Assembly (NCBI GenBank): GCA_048013815.1
Contig: CM106586.1
Span: forward strand, 16,244,001-16,308,000
From: Setoptus koraiensis
Lineage: Eukaryota > Animalia > Arthropoda
Reading direction: 5' to 3'
DNA length: 64,000 bases
The notes under the pieces are model-generated. The model was given only the letters and a program-made list of their open reading frames with translations, did not search any database and was not told where the DNA came from. A program made the translations under genes and the position numbers. This document shows, one piece after another, positions 1 through 13,624 of this stretch; the stretch's first letter is position 1, and the number at the start of each line of letters is the position of its first letter.

Positions 1-2162
1 AAAATGAGGAAATGTCTACAATCTTTGCACCTGTCCAACGTCTCTTGCATCTTTTTCAATGTCTTTGCATTGGCCGTGCCTTCAAGGGCTTTCGCAATTG
101 CATTCTGGACTATATGAAGGTTAGTCTTGGTGGTCGGTTTGGCAAATAGCTTAGGCTTGGAGTATTCTGATGAGGAAGAACCAGGACGAATATGAATACT
201 TTTGTTTGAGAGTGACAACAACTTAGTGTTGTTCTTGGAAATGGTGGTTGTTTTATCTTTTTCAGCTTCCTCGGCCAATTTTCTCTGTCTGTATTGATCT
301 AAGATCATCTCTCGCCTTTGTTTATGTTCTTGCTTTCTCTGTTCAGATTTTTCTTTTTTAAAGTTGGCCTCCTCTTTTTGGCGAGCAAGCTCAGCTTCTC
401 TAGCCATTCGCTTTGCCTTACGTTCTTGATCTCTTTTTTGACTTTGTATCTCCACAGCTTCCTTTTTTCTTCTCATTTGTTCTTCGTCCTTAGAGTCTGG
501 ATTTGCAAAATCCGAACCAATAACAAATGCCTGAAAAATTTGCGCGGGAGGAGGTTTGGCAGTTTCATTTTCCTTAGCTGCTCGTTTAGCTTCGGACTCA
601 GCTTTTCTATTTTTGTATAATGATAATATTTTGGCTTCTCTTTTTTTGGCCATCAGTTCCTCGAGTTCTTGATTCGAATCAGGGAGATCTTCGCCGATAA
701 CAAATGCTTGGGAGACAGGTTTGGCAGTTCTAATATCATTAGATGATTTCTCAGCTTTAACTTCAAACCTTTGATCTAAACTTGACAACGTTTTGGCCTC
801 TTTTTCTTGAGGGATTACCTCTTGGGGAATGGATGCTTGTGGGGTTGACTCTTGGAGTGCCGACTCTTGTAGTTCCTGATCTGTCTGATCTAATAAGTCA
901 GGTTGGACACTAGACATCTCTGAATCGTTCGAATAAATGTGTTGCTGTCTAATAGGATGAGGTGGTTCTATGAAAGGCTGATCGATTAGGCTCTTGTGAC
1001 CATTAGATTTACCATTAGATTTCTCGGAGGGACTGTCACTGGATGATGCTATTGACTCTGGTAGATTGGAACGTTTTCGAATTTGTTCGCTACCAGCCAT
1101 ACCATTGTTGCCATTTGTGAAACTATTCTGAAGTGGCTCGTTATAGATATGATGATAATGAGTAAGTGGTTCTGGTTTTATCACTAGGTCACAGGGTTGT
1201 ATAACGAATTCAAACATTAGGTCTGCAATAAATGCCAAAACATTTACTCTAATATTTGATTCCACATATAGTAGATCTTCTATAGTAAGGAAGCATATGT
1301 TGTAAGGCATGAGTGAGTAGCAGAAATGTTGAATCCTTTTAAGATTGTAAATTGAGTCTTTTATAGAGTCTTGATTGTTATAAATGATTTCCTGCCAGCT
1401 GAAATCGTTGGGGCAATATAAGCTGATGAGAGTGGCCAATGCACATCCATCACTTATGTCATTTAAATCCTCTAGAGGGACCAGAGGCATCCAATCATCC
1501 TCGTTTGGCAATTGCTGATTGTGATTAGTTGAATAGGTGAGCATATCATCTAGGTCTTTTTTATTTGTCTCCAGTAGGATCTCTTGTTTTTTCCTTTGAC
1601 AGCTCTTATTAATCCAAAATATAGCTGCATCTTCGGAATTTTCTGGGACCTCATGGAGGCTAACATGAGTAAATTCGTTGCAAACTTGGTTAACCTTGGT
1701 AGGATCTAGCACTTCCTCAATGTATAATCTCATTAGGCCTGCTATAATGGCCATGTGTGCATCTAATTGGAATGGCATAGTTTGTGATAATGCCGCCTCT
1801 GAGAAAATATAATCAAATTGTTCCCTGAATATGCCCTTACTAACAAGAAAATCAACAACGCCCGAATTAGACAGACACATGTACTCCAAGTCGGAATACA
1901 TATTGCTCAGGCACAATCTATAATATTCGCCGCTTGCTAATTTTTTAATAATACTTGGCTTAAATTGGTAGTCCACCGATTGGTCCTGATTGGTGTAATC
2001 GACAAAGGGTTCCAACAGATGAATGGGAATATCGCCGCTTTTAGTGCCGTCTAACGCGTAGCCCCTATAGGCCTTGGACATGAGCCACAATATTGAAGCC
2101 CTAATTTGTGCCCTGAATGTGTCATACAAATCGTAGGGCGTTGGACTATCATCAAAGTCCAT
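1..2162 (-). CDS. Patronin: Patronin/CAMSAP microtubule minus-end binding protein; 3' end runs off the window start
   Basis: Hand translation from ATG at 2162 (caaaATG, in-frame TAG upstream) gives the N-terminal motif YDTFRAQIRASILWLMSKAY and the CH-domain motifs DISDGCALATLISLYCP and DSIYNLKRIQHFC. It also gives a coiled coil (KQRREMILDQYRQRK) and the start of the CKK domain (EYSKPKLFAKPTTKTNLHIVQNAIAKALEGTANAKTLKKMQETLDRCKDCRHFLI). The N- and C-terminal segments are in the same frame, so no intron is needed. It is missing from the ORF track because the stop lies outside the window. Confidence 0.93.
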   Translation of the reverse strand, partial: MDFDDSPTPYDLYDTFRAQIRASILWLMSKAYRGYALDGTKSGDIPIHLLEPFVDYTNQDQSVDYQFKPSIIKKLASGEYYRLCLSNMYSDLEYMCLSNSGVVDFLVSKGIFREQFDYIFSEAALSQTMPFQLDAHMAIIAGLMRLYIEEVLDPTKVNQVCNEFTHVSLHEVPENSEDAAIFWINKSCQRKKQEILLETNKKDLDDMLTYSTNHNQQLPNEDDWMPLVPLEDLNDISDGCALATLISLYCPNDFSWQEIIYNNQDSIKDSIYNLKRIQHFCYSLMPYNICFLTIEDLLYVESNIRVNVLAFIADLMFEFVIQPCDLVIKPEPLTHYHHIYNEPLQNSFTNGNNGMAGSEQIRKRSNLPESIASSSDSPSEKSNGKSNGHKSLIDQPFIEPPHPIRQQHIYSNDSEMSSVQPDLLDQTDQELQESALQESTPQASIPQEVIPQEKEAKTLSSLDQRFEVKAEKSSNDIRTAKPVSQAFVIGEDLPDSNQELEELMAKKREAKILSLYKNRKAESEAKRAAKENETAKPPPAQIFQAFVIGSDFANPDSKDEEQMRRKKEAVEIQSQKRDQERKAKRMAREAELARQKEEANFKKEKSEQRKQEHKQRREMILDQYRQRKLAEEAEKDKTTTISKNNTKLLSLSNKSIHIRPGSSSSEYSKPKLFAKPTTKTNLHIVQNAIAKALEGTANAKTLKKMQETLDRCKDCRHFLI

Positions 2163-3636
2163 TTTGTGCGATGAATGGAGGTCTCGGTTGTGGAGATAAA
2201 AATGGTGCTAAATAATAGTGGGAATACAATCAGATGTGTGTATGGGTATATATTTATTAATTGGAAGCATCAATAACGCATCAATGAAATGTTGTCCTGT
2301 GGCGCAGTTTTCTCTCTTTCTTTTCTTTTCTTTTTTCTTTCTTCTTTTTGCTTCTTGTCTTGCGTTTCCTTGGCGAGATCTTGCAGACACTTGTATCGGT
2401 AATATCGCTGTGAATGACTGATCGATTATATCAACAACGACAACACCAGTCGATGGCGAGGTTGCCGACAGATGGTCTAGCGAGAGAATTCACAGTGTCA
2501 GTTCAGTTGACTGGCTGTGGTGTGAGCTGTGTGTGTGTCGGCTGTTGTTGCACAATTTTCGCCTTGGAGCCGTTCAAATAACGCGCCCACATCCCGCTCT
2601 TGTCTCGATAGTTGTTGTTGTTCTCGTTCTTGTTCTTGCTCTCATTCTTTTTCGTTTTCTTGTTCTTATTCGACGTGTGTGAGTGTGTGTGTGTGTGTGT
2701 GTGTTGTTCGTTGTGCGCTTGCAAAGTCAAACTGACGCTGCCAGGCTGTGCGCTGCTGCACAACGGCAGTCACTGCAAAGAAGTGCGAGTGTGTGCGTTC
2801 TTGCCAAAAGTTCAACTCATGAGCTGCCGTGTGTTGACGAGCACAGTTACATTCAGATCCGCCAGAGCGGCGCTGTATGTTGATTGCGCTCGCAGTGCGA
2901 GTGAACAAGTGTCGCGCCTTGTTCCCGTTAGTCGCTCGCTTGTTTACTTCAGTGTACGCGCAAGCAAACTTGCCAGTTGCAAACGAAAGAGTTGGCGAGA
3001 CACCTTAAACGGGCCACAGTGCTTATTCGCATTGCCACAAGCGCCCCTGGTGGAACTTTTGGGCAACGCGGCACAAGTTCAGTGGACCGAGCGCAAAATC
3101 ACAGCGTGGCAACGGCCAGCGACGCCTACAGTGAAAAGCAAGAATTCGATTGCGTTGCTGATGTAACTCACTGCGGACTTTGGCTCGCAAACTTTTACTA
3201 TTGGCCAACAAACAAGTTTGTCGTGTGATGCCTCACAAGTCAGTCGAAAATTGAATTCTTGATTTAATTTGTTCGGGACTCTAAATGAGTGCGAACTCAA
3301 TCAAGCAAATAGAGTTATCTGATTTCTTCTTCATTTAAGTGCTCACAACGAACATAAATCAAATTGAATGCGACATGTAAACTCGGGCCACAGATCGGGC
3401 ATCGTGACCAACGTCGGACATTTGAACAGTTTCAGCTTGTGTCGCTATTGTATTGCAACATTGGACGATGCTGTCTAATCAACTTGACGAGTCGCTCATT
3501 GTGGGTTTATTAATAGCGCATCATTTGTTCGTTGCTGGCCCGACGCCAAGACACTTGTTTCTCGACATGCCGAGTGTGCCGAATTGAATATTCATTCATA
3601 TTGTTGGGTCGCATGTGTCGTGAATGTGTCGTCGAG

Positions 3637-3667
<31 letters not shown>

Positions 3668-4919
3668 CGAACCAACCACTGACATCAAATCGAACCGGCT
3701 AAATATCGGACCGCTAAATATCGGACCGGCCGAATATCGGGCCGGCTAAATGGCGAGACATGACAATAGACGCAGCGACACAATCGAGGCTGGCCGTGCT
3801 CACAAAATTCGTGCCCGGCATGACACCGATCGAAACTGACCGGCCGACGTCATTGTCGGGCTCATGCCTCGACCGGCAACCACTCGGTGGGCACCGGTGA
3901 ACAGTGGTGATCGGACACGCAAATCGCGCCTCGAACTCGGCGTCCGTTCGCGACACCAAATAGCCAAATAGCGCTCTGACAGTGCCACAATTGGCTGGCC
4001 GTTTGTGATTGTCGCCGATATCGGCTCGATTCATTGGCATCAATCGATCAGCTTGCCACGCGAGATTCATCCATTGCCACTAATTGACACCATTTTTACC
4101 GCTCGCATGCCACGTCTGTGTCTCAACAACAACAACAACAACCGCTAACATGGACACAAACCGGAATAGATGCGCGCCCGTTCTGGCCCCCGCCGGCCAA
4201 CCAGTTGTTGTTGTCGAGCGCTCGATCGTCGTTTTGCGGTCGTTCCCGTTATGGAAACATTAGTCGCTCGGCAATATTAATAATAGCCGCGTCGATAGTA
4301 TCAATAATAATAGCCATGTCGATAATACCAATAATAGCCATGTCGATAGCCATATACGATAGTACACAGTTGACCGCAAACATGATTGAATAGATAGCAC
4401 GCACTGGCGCGCCAAATAAACTTTGCATATGGCTGAATAAACACATTTGCCCCCCTATGGCAAACATGGGCAACGGTGTCGAGAGCGACCGGCTCGCCAG
4501 CGACACTCGCCGTCTATTTTTATCAGGGCGTGGGCCGCGCACTTTGATAGCAGCACCAATATTGACCAAACTTTTCCTATCGCCGTTGCCGTTGTTGCGC
4601 TTGTGGTTGTTGTCGTTGCTGTTGATGTCCATGTTGCTGCGTATGCGGCCGGCCAGTTGTTGTTGCGAGAAGTGGTGCCGTTTTGCGCCAGTTTGAGTCA
4701 ATTGAGAGTGGCACCACCGGTGAGCTAAAAACACCGCCAGTGCACTGTAAAATCAGTCAGAGCCGTTCGCTGTCGACCGTGGCCGCTTGTCGGGCCAACT
4801 TCAGTCTGACGTTGCCCGTCACGGTGCATCATACTCTCTTGTTATGGCCATCTGGAGCGACGGCCACAATGAGAGATCAATCAATCTGACAGGCACTGCG
4901 CCGATTAATTAGCGTTGCC

Positions 4920-4998
4920 GGTTGTGCCGAGCCGGTTGTGCCGAGCTGGTCGTGCCGAGCCGGTTGCGCCGAGCTAGTTGTGCCGAGCTAGTTGCGCG
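4920..4998. repeat. Degenerate 14-bp tandem repeat (ggttgtgccgagcc), about 5-6 copies
   Basis: Read directly from the sequence. Confidence 0.8.
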
Positions 4999-5081
4999 CA
5001 GACCGAGCGGGCGCCTGAACGAGTAGTGCCTGTCGGCCATGTTAGATGTCGCTCGTGTTGGCGGCGGAAACTCTCGGGCTC

Positions 5082-5137
5082 TCGCAATACGAAATTCGCA
5101 ATACGAAATTCGCAATACGAAATTCGCAATACGAAAT
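5082..5137. repeat. 14-bp tandem repeat (tcgcaatacgaaat) x4, plus a degenerate fifth copy
   Basis: Four exact copies read directly. Confidence 0.9.
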
Positions 5138-5497
5138 TTGTGATGCGAAAATTGTGTGTCATGTGTGTTTTATTGTGTTCGGGTATTATTACAAGTTTGA
5201 TTATTGTCAGATAATGAGGGGCAGACAGAGAGAGATCTATTAACATGTATTTACATGGCGTGCGATGCCCGTGTAGCAGCGTGTGGGCCGGCGTTGTGTT
5301 GGCGCGTTTGCTTCTGGCACCTCCAATTAACTGTGTAACAATTGTCAGGTGTGTCCAACAACAACAACAATTACTGACTATATGGATTTGAAGCTTTGAA
5401 CAAACAGCTGGCTGACAGCAGTAACAACATGTCTGGTGGTCGAATTTGGTGTAATTAAGTAATCAGTATTAAGTAATTAATTAATCATGTGTGTGCG

Positions 5498-7242
5498 TCA
5501 CTCGCGACTGTAGCCTCGGCTTGAGTATGGCCTAGAATAGATGGACGAGGCGCCGCCAATTGTTGAGTTTCCGGTCGCCTCACGTTTGCGCTTTCTTCGT
5601 TTCAGTATGCACGCCACTAGCATGATGACCAGCAGCATGAGCAATAAGCTTATTAGCGACACGGCAATCGCAAAGCGCCTCATCGATATACAAAACTCCT
5701 GTTCGGCTTGTTGGGCTTGCCTGTTGGGCGCCTGAGATTGTGCCTGCGGACGAGCGGCCGCCGGCTGCTGCTGCTGGCCCTCGTCCGAATCGGACAGCGA
5801 CCGGTCCGAGCGGCCGCCGGCCGGATTGGCGGCCTCGTTCTCGTTGACGTGCAATCCCGAGTACACCTCCATGCTCAGGTCTCTCACTTCGGCGCTCTTG
5901 GGCTTGAGCAGGTCGCCCGAGGCCACGCCGTCCACCTCGCCACCCTCCACGAAGCGCTTCCTCCTCACCTGGTTCAGGCGGCCGCAGTCGGGCGGCTACA
6001 ATACAAGGTACAAGGTTAATTTTAATTTTTGACAAGTCACATTCGACAGAGACGGTTGGTTTGGGGGCGATATACGAATCGGTTAGTTTGTGAGTCAGTA
6101 ATTAATCAGATCTGAGAGAATTGGTTTGTTTGGGGGGCCATCACTCACCACGTTGTCGCAGCCGCCCTCGCGGATGCACAAGCGCACGTTGCACTGGTAG
6201 TACACCGACGACGTGTACGGGAACTTGTGCGCTTGGAATGTCACCGTGGCTCGGGTGAGATTGTGCGAATATGCAAATTCGGGCATAATCTCCTCGTCGA
6301 CCGGACAGCCGTAATCGTTCACTAGCGGCTGCTCGCCCCAATTGAGTCCGTCGCGAACCAAACAATTTGTGACGGTCATACCGTACACCTCTTGGTATTC
6401 TAATTGAATTTGCAATTGCAGCTTGTCGCCTATTTTGACATTCTCTGCCACAACCTCATTAGTGAGATCGTTTGCGCTGTATATTTTCATTGTACAAGTG
6501 GGCATAGAGGCGCTCGCCACAACGGGCGTCGTGTTGGTCATGTTGACATCAAACTGTTGTCCGTTAGATATGGTCTTGTCCTTTGTTTGGTACCTGCACC
6601 TAATGTGATATCCGCGGCCCTGATTGGTGACCAGGCGTCTGTGGGGCTGCACCATGACCGTGTTGAAGAACTCTATACCGTCGTCGACGTCCGTGCTCAT
6701 TGTGTTGCACGATCTCAATGGCAATAAGTAGGTTACGTTAGAGGTGGAATGATACTCCACCATACAGGTGGAGTTTTTGCTCAATCCCTTCGGGTATATC
6801 ATACCGTTGAAGTTGTTCATGGTGTTCATGGTGACGACGATGTTGTCGCTGTTGCACTCGATTTGCACGTCGTTCACCATGTCTGTCGATCGTTGATTGG
6901 TCGGTCGTTGATTGGTCGAGCGGTTGGGATCGTTGATTAGTTGATTAGTTGATTGGTTGGTCGATTGTGGGGTCAGTTTCTCATGGAGGCGAACAGTTTT
7001 AGGACAGTTTTATGCGATGCGGGCTTTTACTTACCGTATCTGAGATGGTTCGAGTTCTTGGGGCCGGCGTGGCGCGACCATTGCGTCGACTCGCCGTCGG
7101 CGGACACCGAGGCCGTGCTGGGCTCGTGGGCCTGCACCGCGGCGCATATGTTTAGGCTGGTCAGCGATATAAATAGTAGCAGCAAATGTCGCACATGGTG
7201 AGCATCTCTGAGACAGTTCCTATCTCTGACAGGTCTATCCAT
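5498..7242 (-). CDS. Zona pellucida (ZP)-domain transmembrane cuticle/apical ECM protein, cuticlin-like, 479 aa, 3 exons
   Basis: Exons 7242-7035, 6882-6149 and 5995-5498 join in frame through GT-AG introns (donors GTAAGT at 7034 and GTGAGT at 6148). The product has an N-terminal hydrophobic signal (LLLLFISLTSLNICAAVQA) and a ZP domain with conserved cysteines (VQIECNSD, FNGMIYPKG, LRSCN, YHIRCRY, CLVRDG, GCPVD, AHKFP, YYQCNVRLC). These are followed by a furin site RRKR, a TM helix and a basic stop-transfer segment KRRKRKR. Confidence 0.92.
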
Positions 7243-8416
7243 TTCTAGCTAACTGTATCACTGTTGCTGGCTTGCGGCTGACGATGCGATCTTGGATATT
7301 GGACGCTTGTTGCACGAACGTATTAACGATGATGATCGGATATTATGTGATTATTACGATATGATTACTATATGATATCTATACGATGCTGATGATGACT
7401 CGTACGCTGATGACAGCGCTGCTAACGAAACGACGACGATATCAGAACAATGGAAACAAATAATGGCGATTAGTTAGATCATGGTGACTACGGGCACTTG
7501 TTGCGGCGACTACAGCACTACTACCGGCAGCCAGAATACAAATGTGCGGCGAGTACGGGTGTGTTGGCTTTGAAAATCAATGACTTTGCCCGATGATGCT
7601 AATGATGTCTGATGGCGCAACATTGGTCGCTTGCACTGCCGAAAACTTGCTACTCTTTCTACGGGTCGTCGCTGACACTTGCCGCTCGGTCGCCAGAACA
7701 AGCGCCGCACAAGAATAATAATAATAATATTTTCCACTGCCGACAGGCCAATCTTTGCCAAACTTTGCCAAACTTCTGCGCCAGTCTGCTGCTCGCCAGG
7801 CCACTGTTACACTAACACTGCCGCTGCCACCACAACCTCAAATGATCTCAGTCGCTGCCTGATCCCTAAAACTAATGTTTGACTCTCCCTCCGCGCTTGC
7901 CGGCCACTGGTCAGCGGCCAGAACAACAGCGGCAACAACGGCGGCAACGACAGCGGCAACGACAGCGGCAACAACGGCGGCAACGACAGCGGCCAGAACA
8001 GCGGCAACAGCAACAACGGCAGCGCCACAAGACGACGACTTATTTCTTACAACACCGATGATTATTGTTGTATGACTGGCGGCGGCGGCGGCCGTGGTGG
8101 TTGCCCTCTACACACAAGCCATTATTCTCTGGCTAGCTGGCCGGTGCAAAACAAATTTTCTTGGCCGTCATCATGGCAGGCAATGTTCGAATTGTAATGG
8201 TTCGCAGAGTAGCTATTTTTTATTTCGCTGGCTCGCTCTCTCTCTCTCTGGCCTGTGAGTCTCGACAAGTGCATGCCACTGGCCGGTAGGCAACGGCAAA
8301 CAGTGCAATGGTGTGCAAAAAAGAAATACAAATCTCAGCCAGTCGGCCAGCGGTAGCCACTAATGGCCTGCGAGTGCAATCATGTGTCTCTCATTGGCTC
8401 GAGTGCCAATCTCCGT

Positions 8417-8418
<2 letters not shown>

Positions 8419-8465
<47 letters not shown>
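8419..8465. repeat. (CA)n microsatellite
   Basis: Uninterrupted CA run. Confidence 0.95.
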
Positions 8466-8468
<3 letters not shown>

Positions 8469-10813
8469 GCGTAACAACACACACGGCTCATGCGGACGGC
8501 GCATCGACGCAAGGCCATAAAGTGTCGAAATAGGCTAAATTATCGTGGTTTTTGGATCACCTTGGCAAGCCAATCAATCTTATTACTGCTGCTATTACCG
8601 CCGCATGGAGACCTTTTTTTCATTATTATCTCGCCACTCCGACAGCTCATCATCGACTGACCGTTGCTCGCTGTTGTTTTTGCCGCCGGCGCGCATATAT
8701 GGTCGCATGTTTCCCGTTAGTTGGTCCTAATTTTCTCTCTCTCTGGCCAACTCCTCTTACTTACCGTCTGGCGAGGGTTTGCTCTGTTGGTCGTTCCTCT
8801 AATCAGGCTGATGACTTGACAGACTAACACAATGACTGACTCATGTAACTGGTCTAGGGCTATTGTTCACTGCACGCAGATTGTTGTTTCTTTTATCGTG
8901 GCCGTTGTTGTTGTTGTTGTTGCTGTTGCTTTTGATGGCGCTTTGGCTTAACCTGTTGATGCTGAACTTGACCGTATTCATCGGTGTCTCGCAAATGGTC
9001 TCGAAGCAACAACTTAAGCGTTGCTTATGTCTTCGCTCACAGTATGCGTGTGTAGATCGCGCCAGTGGGTATTATCAAGAACACAATCATAAAAGAGTAA
9101 ATCGTGCCATTGAATAGTTGCTGCAATCGCTAGCTCAACTTGGACACTCGAATGCTCAAAAGTATTATATTCTTCTTTCGATCAGTCGCTCGCTCTCTTT
9201 CCGCGGCTTGCCTCGACAGACTAACCGGCAAGATGTAATTGCTTCTATCTCTCTCTCTCGGGAAAAATACCACCTTTGCTGTTGATTCGTTGCCTGTCTG
9301 CCTGCTGATGGCTTGCTTGCTTACCTGGCGCTTCTTCCTCCTGTTGCTACAACTTTAACTGGCTGGATGTTTTACATTAGACATTAGAGAAGTGACTACA
9401 TATAAAACACCATTAACTTCACTATTGTTATTTTATGAGATGAGATTATATCGACACACTGCCAACAACCAAACAGTAATAACTTGCTGTGTCTATGGTC
9501 ACACAAGATGAATCATGAACATTTGCCCGCCCCCTCTCTTCGCTCAATCTCAACTTGCCAACACGAACTTGCTATCTGGTTGGCTTGGCGGCTGGCTGGC
9601 TTAGCGGCTGGATGGCTGCCTTAGTGTCTAGATGGCTGGATGGTCGGCTGGATGGCTCACTCACTCGCGAACGGGCTAGCCAAGTCCGTCTATTTGTAAT
9701 CACTACCTACCTGATACAGCTGAATCGCATCAGCTTTGTCGCTCTTCTGTCTTGGCTAGATGTCGTCAAGACCAGAGAGCCAAACTCTTTCTCCTCTTAT
9801 ATTTTATATCAATTTTGCGTTTGTCAAGTCCATAGATTCTTTTTAAGCTGCTGCTGCTGTTGCCAGACAATATTGAAGCAACTATTCTAACTAACATCTG
9901 CGACACACAATAACACAAAACATTATTATTTTTTTTTTGTTTGCCTCGCCGTCAACAACAAACACATTCCCCCCGTTTCGTCTAACAAATGCACGTATAG
10001 GTCTTGACTTGCGGGTACTGGGCTGCTGGCAAACGAAGGCGTAAATTATCTTGTACACACTGGTTCACCTGTTGTTGCGAATATGTGGTCACAGTAAACA
10101 CATTTATATATATATGTGCTCTTTAATTCAACGCAATCACAAGTTTATAGTTGTCGTGAGTAACATTCACACAAGCGTTCAAGATATCACGAACAAATAA
10201 AGAGATAACTAACTACTTCTCGTACACACAACTCCCTAATCCATTCCCCATCTCCTTTTATGGAATGAGCACCACCTTACTAATTCTGCACCTGTCCCTA
10301 GCTAGTTAATTTTTGACAAGTTAAGCACTGAATTTGGTCTTTGGGCTTAACTATACATCCCGTAATGCCTGGCAGAACGTGTTTGTATGGTATGATTAAA
10401 GGACACTTGAGCTAGAAGCGTGTTAACAAAGTCGTCTCAACAATTAAGTTGCAGTTCATGTTAATTCCAAGATCAACCACAACCCACTCTCACAACAATA
10501 GTAACAGACCATGTTTAGTTTCACAAGGTGACAAGTACAACCTCTATCTGGTCTATTTGACGACTCGTATCCATTGTACTAGATGTATCTTTGATAACTA
10601 GGATGGAAATTATGGATGAAGTTAGTTATTAAAGTAAATTATGGAAAAGTAAGAGACTCTCCGAAGATTCGAATCTTATGTGAATTAAAGCTGTCGCAGA
10701 ATCGTATGCATACAATTTGTTTATTTCTAGTGTGCCTGAAGCTCTTTTGATATTATTTTCATGATGATTATGATGGGAAATTTAAAGATTAGAGTAATGT
10801 GTTAATTTTACAA

Positions 10814-12717
<1,904 letters not shown>

Positions 12718-13624
12718 TTATAAATTGTTGTTTGCTTGTTGTTAGCTGCTAGACGATTAGGGGCGACACTACACAGAGACAATTGATAAGTGGATACCGA
12801 TAGGTGGATATAAATATATATATTTATCTGACTGTCAAGTACAATGTATATTTAAACAATGCTGGTATCGTCCGATATTTCAAATAATAATAATAATAAT
12901 AATGATAATAATAATAGTGATAATAATAGAAATGTGTGTCGAGTATATATAATAATAATAATTATAATAATAATATTTATAATCTGGTTGTGATAGGAGT
13001 CGTAATGTGTATCCCTGGAGCCTGAGTGCTTGTGTGCAAATGAGCAGCCCTATCAATAAGCTTGGACGCGATGCGAAGAGCAGCGACAGCAGCCTCGAGA
13101 AGAGCAGCAGCAGCGGCGTGCGCATGCAGCGTGTGTGTGTACCAAAATGCCCCCCGTCTGTCCATTTGTGTGTCTGGCTCTTACGCACAACTCTGCGTGC
13201 CTGTGCGTCTGTGCAAGCGTCACGCTTTTGCACCAAGCATCATCGTGTGTGTGTGTCATCAAGATTCGTCGTCGGCGGCGGCGGCCATTCCGCTGCTTGT
13301 GAGCGGCCAATGATGAGCCATGCGTGCATGTGTGTACATTACACAAACACCTGAGCAGAGTGCGCGGATGTGGCCAGCGTGCTTGTGTACCTGTGTGTGT
13401 GTGTGGGTGTGTTTGTGTGTGTGTGTTTGTGTGTATGTGTATGTGTACATTATACCACAACGAGTGCATTATTGCGAAACAGACAATTCGTCGACACGGC
13501 CACAGCTACAGTACAATGTGTGTACAGTGTGTGTGTGTAAAGTGTGTGTAAAGTGTGTGTATGTGTGTGTGTGTACAGTACAGCGCAATGAATCCGTGTG
13601 CGCTCTTTCCACATCGCAATGCAC

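Noticed and set aside
8863-9345. 84-aa plus-strand hydrophobic ORF and a minus-strand 22-nt micro-exon candidate (ttgtag|...gcgccag|gtaagc near 9325)
   Set aside because: The ORF is driven by a (TTG)n repeat. The micro-exon gives no recognisable downstream frame and could at most be a UTR exon.
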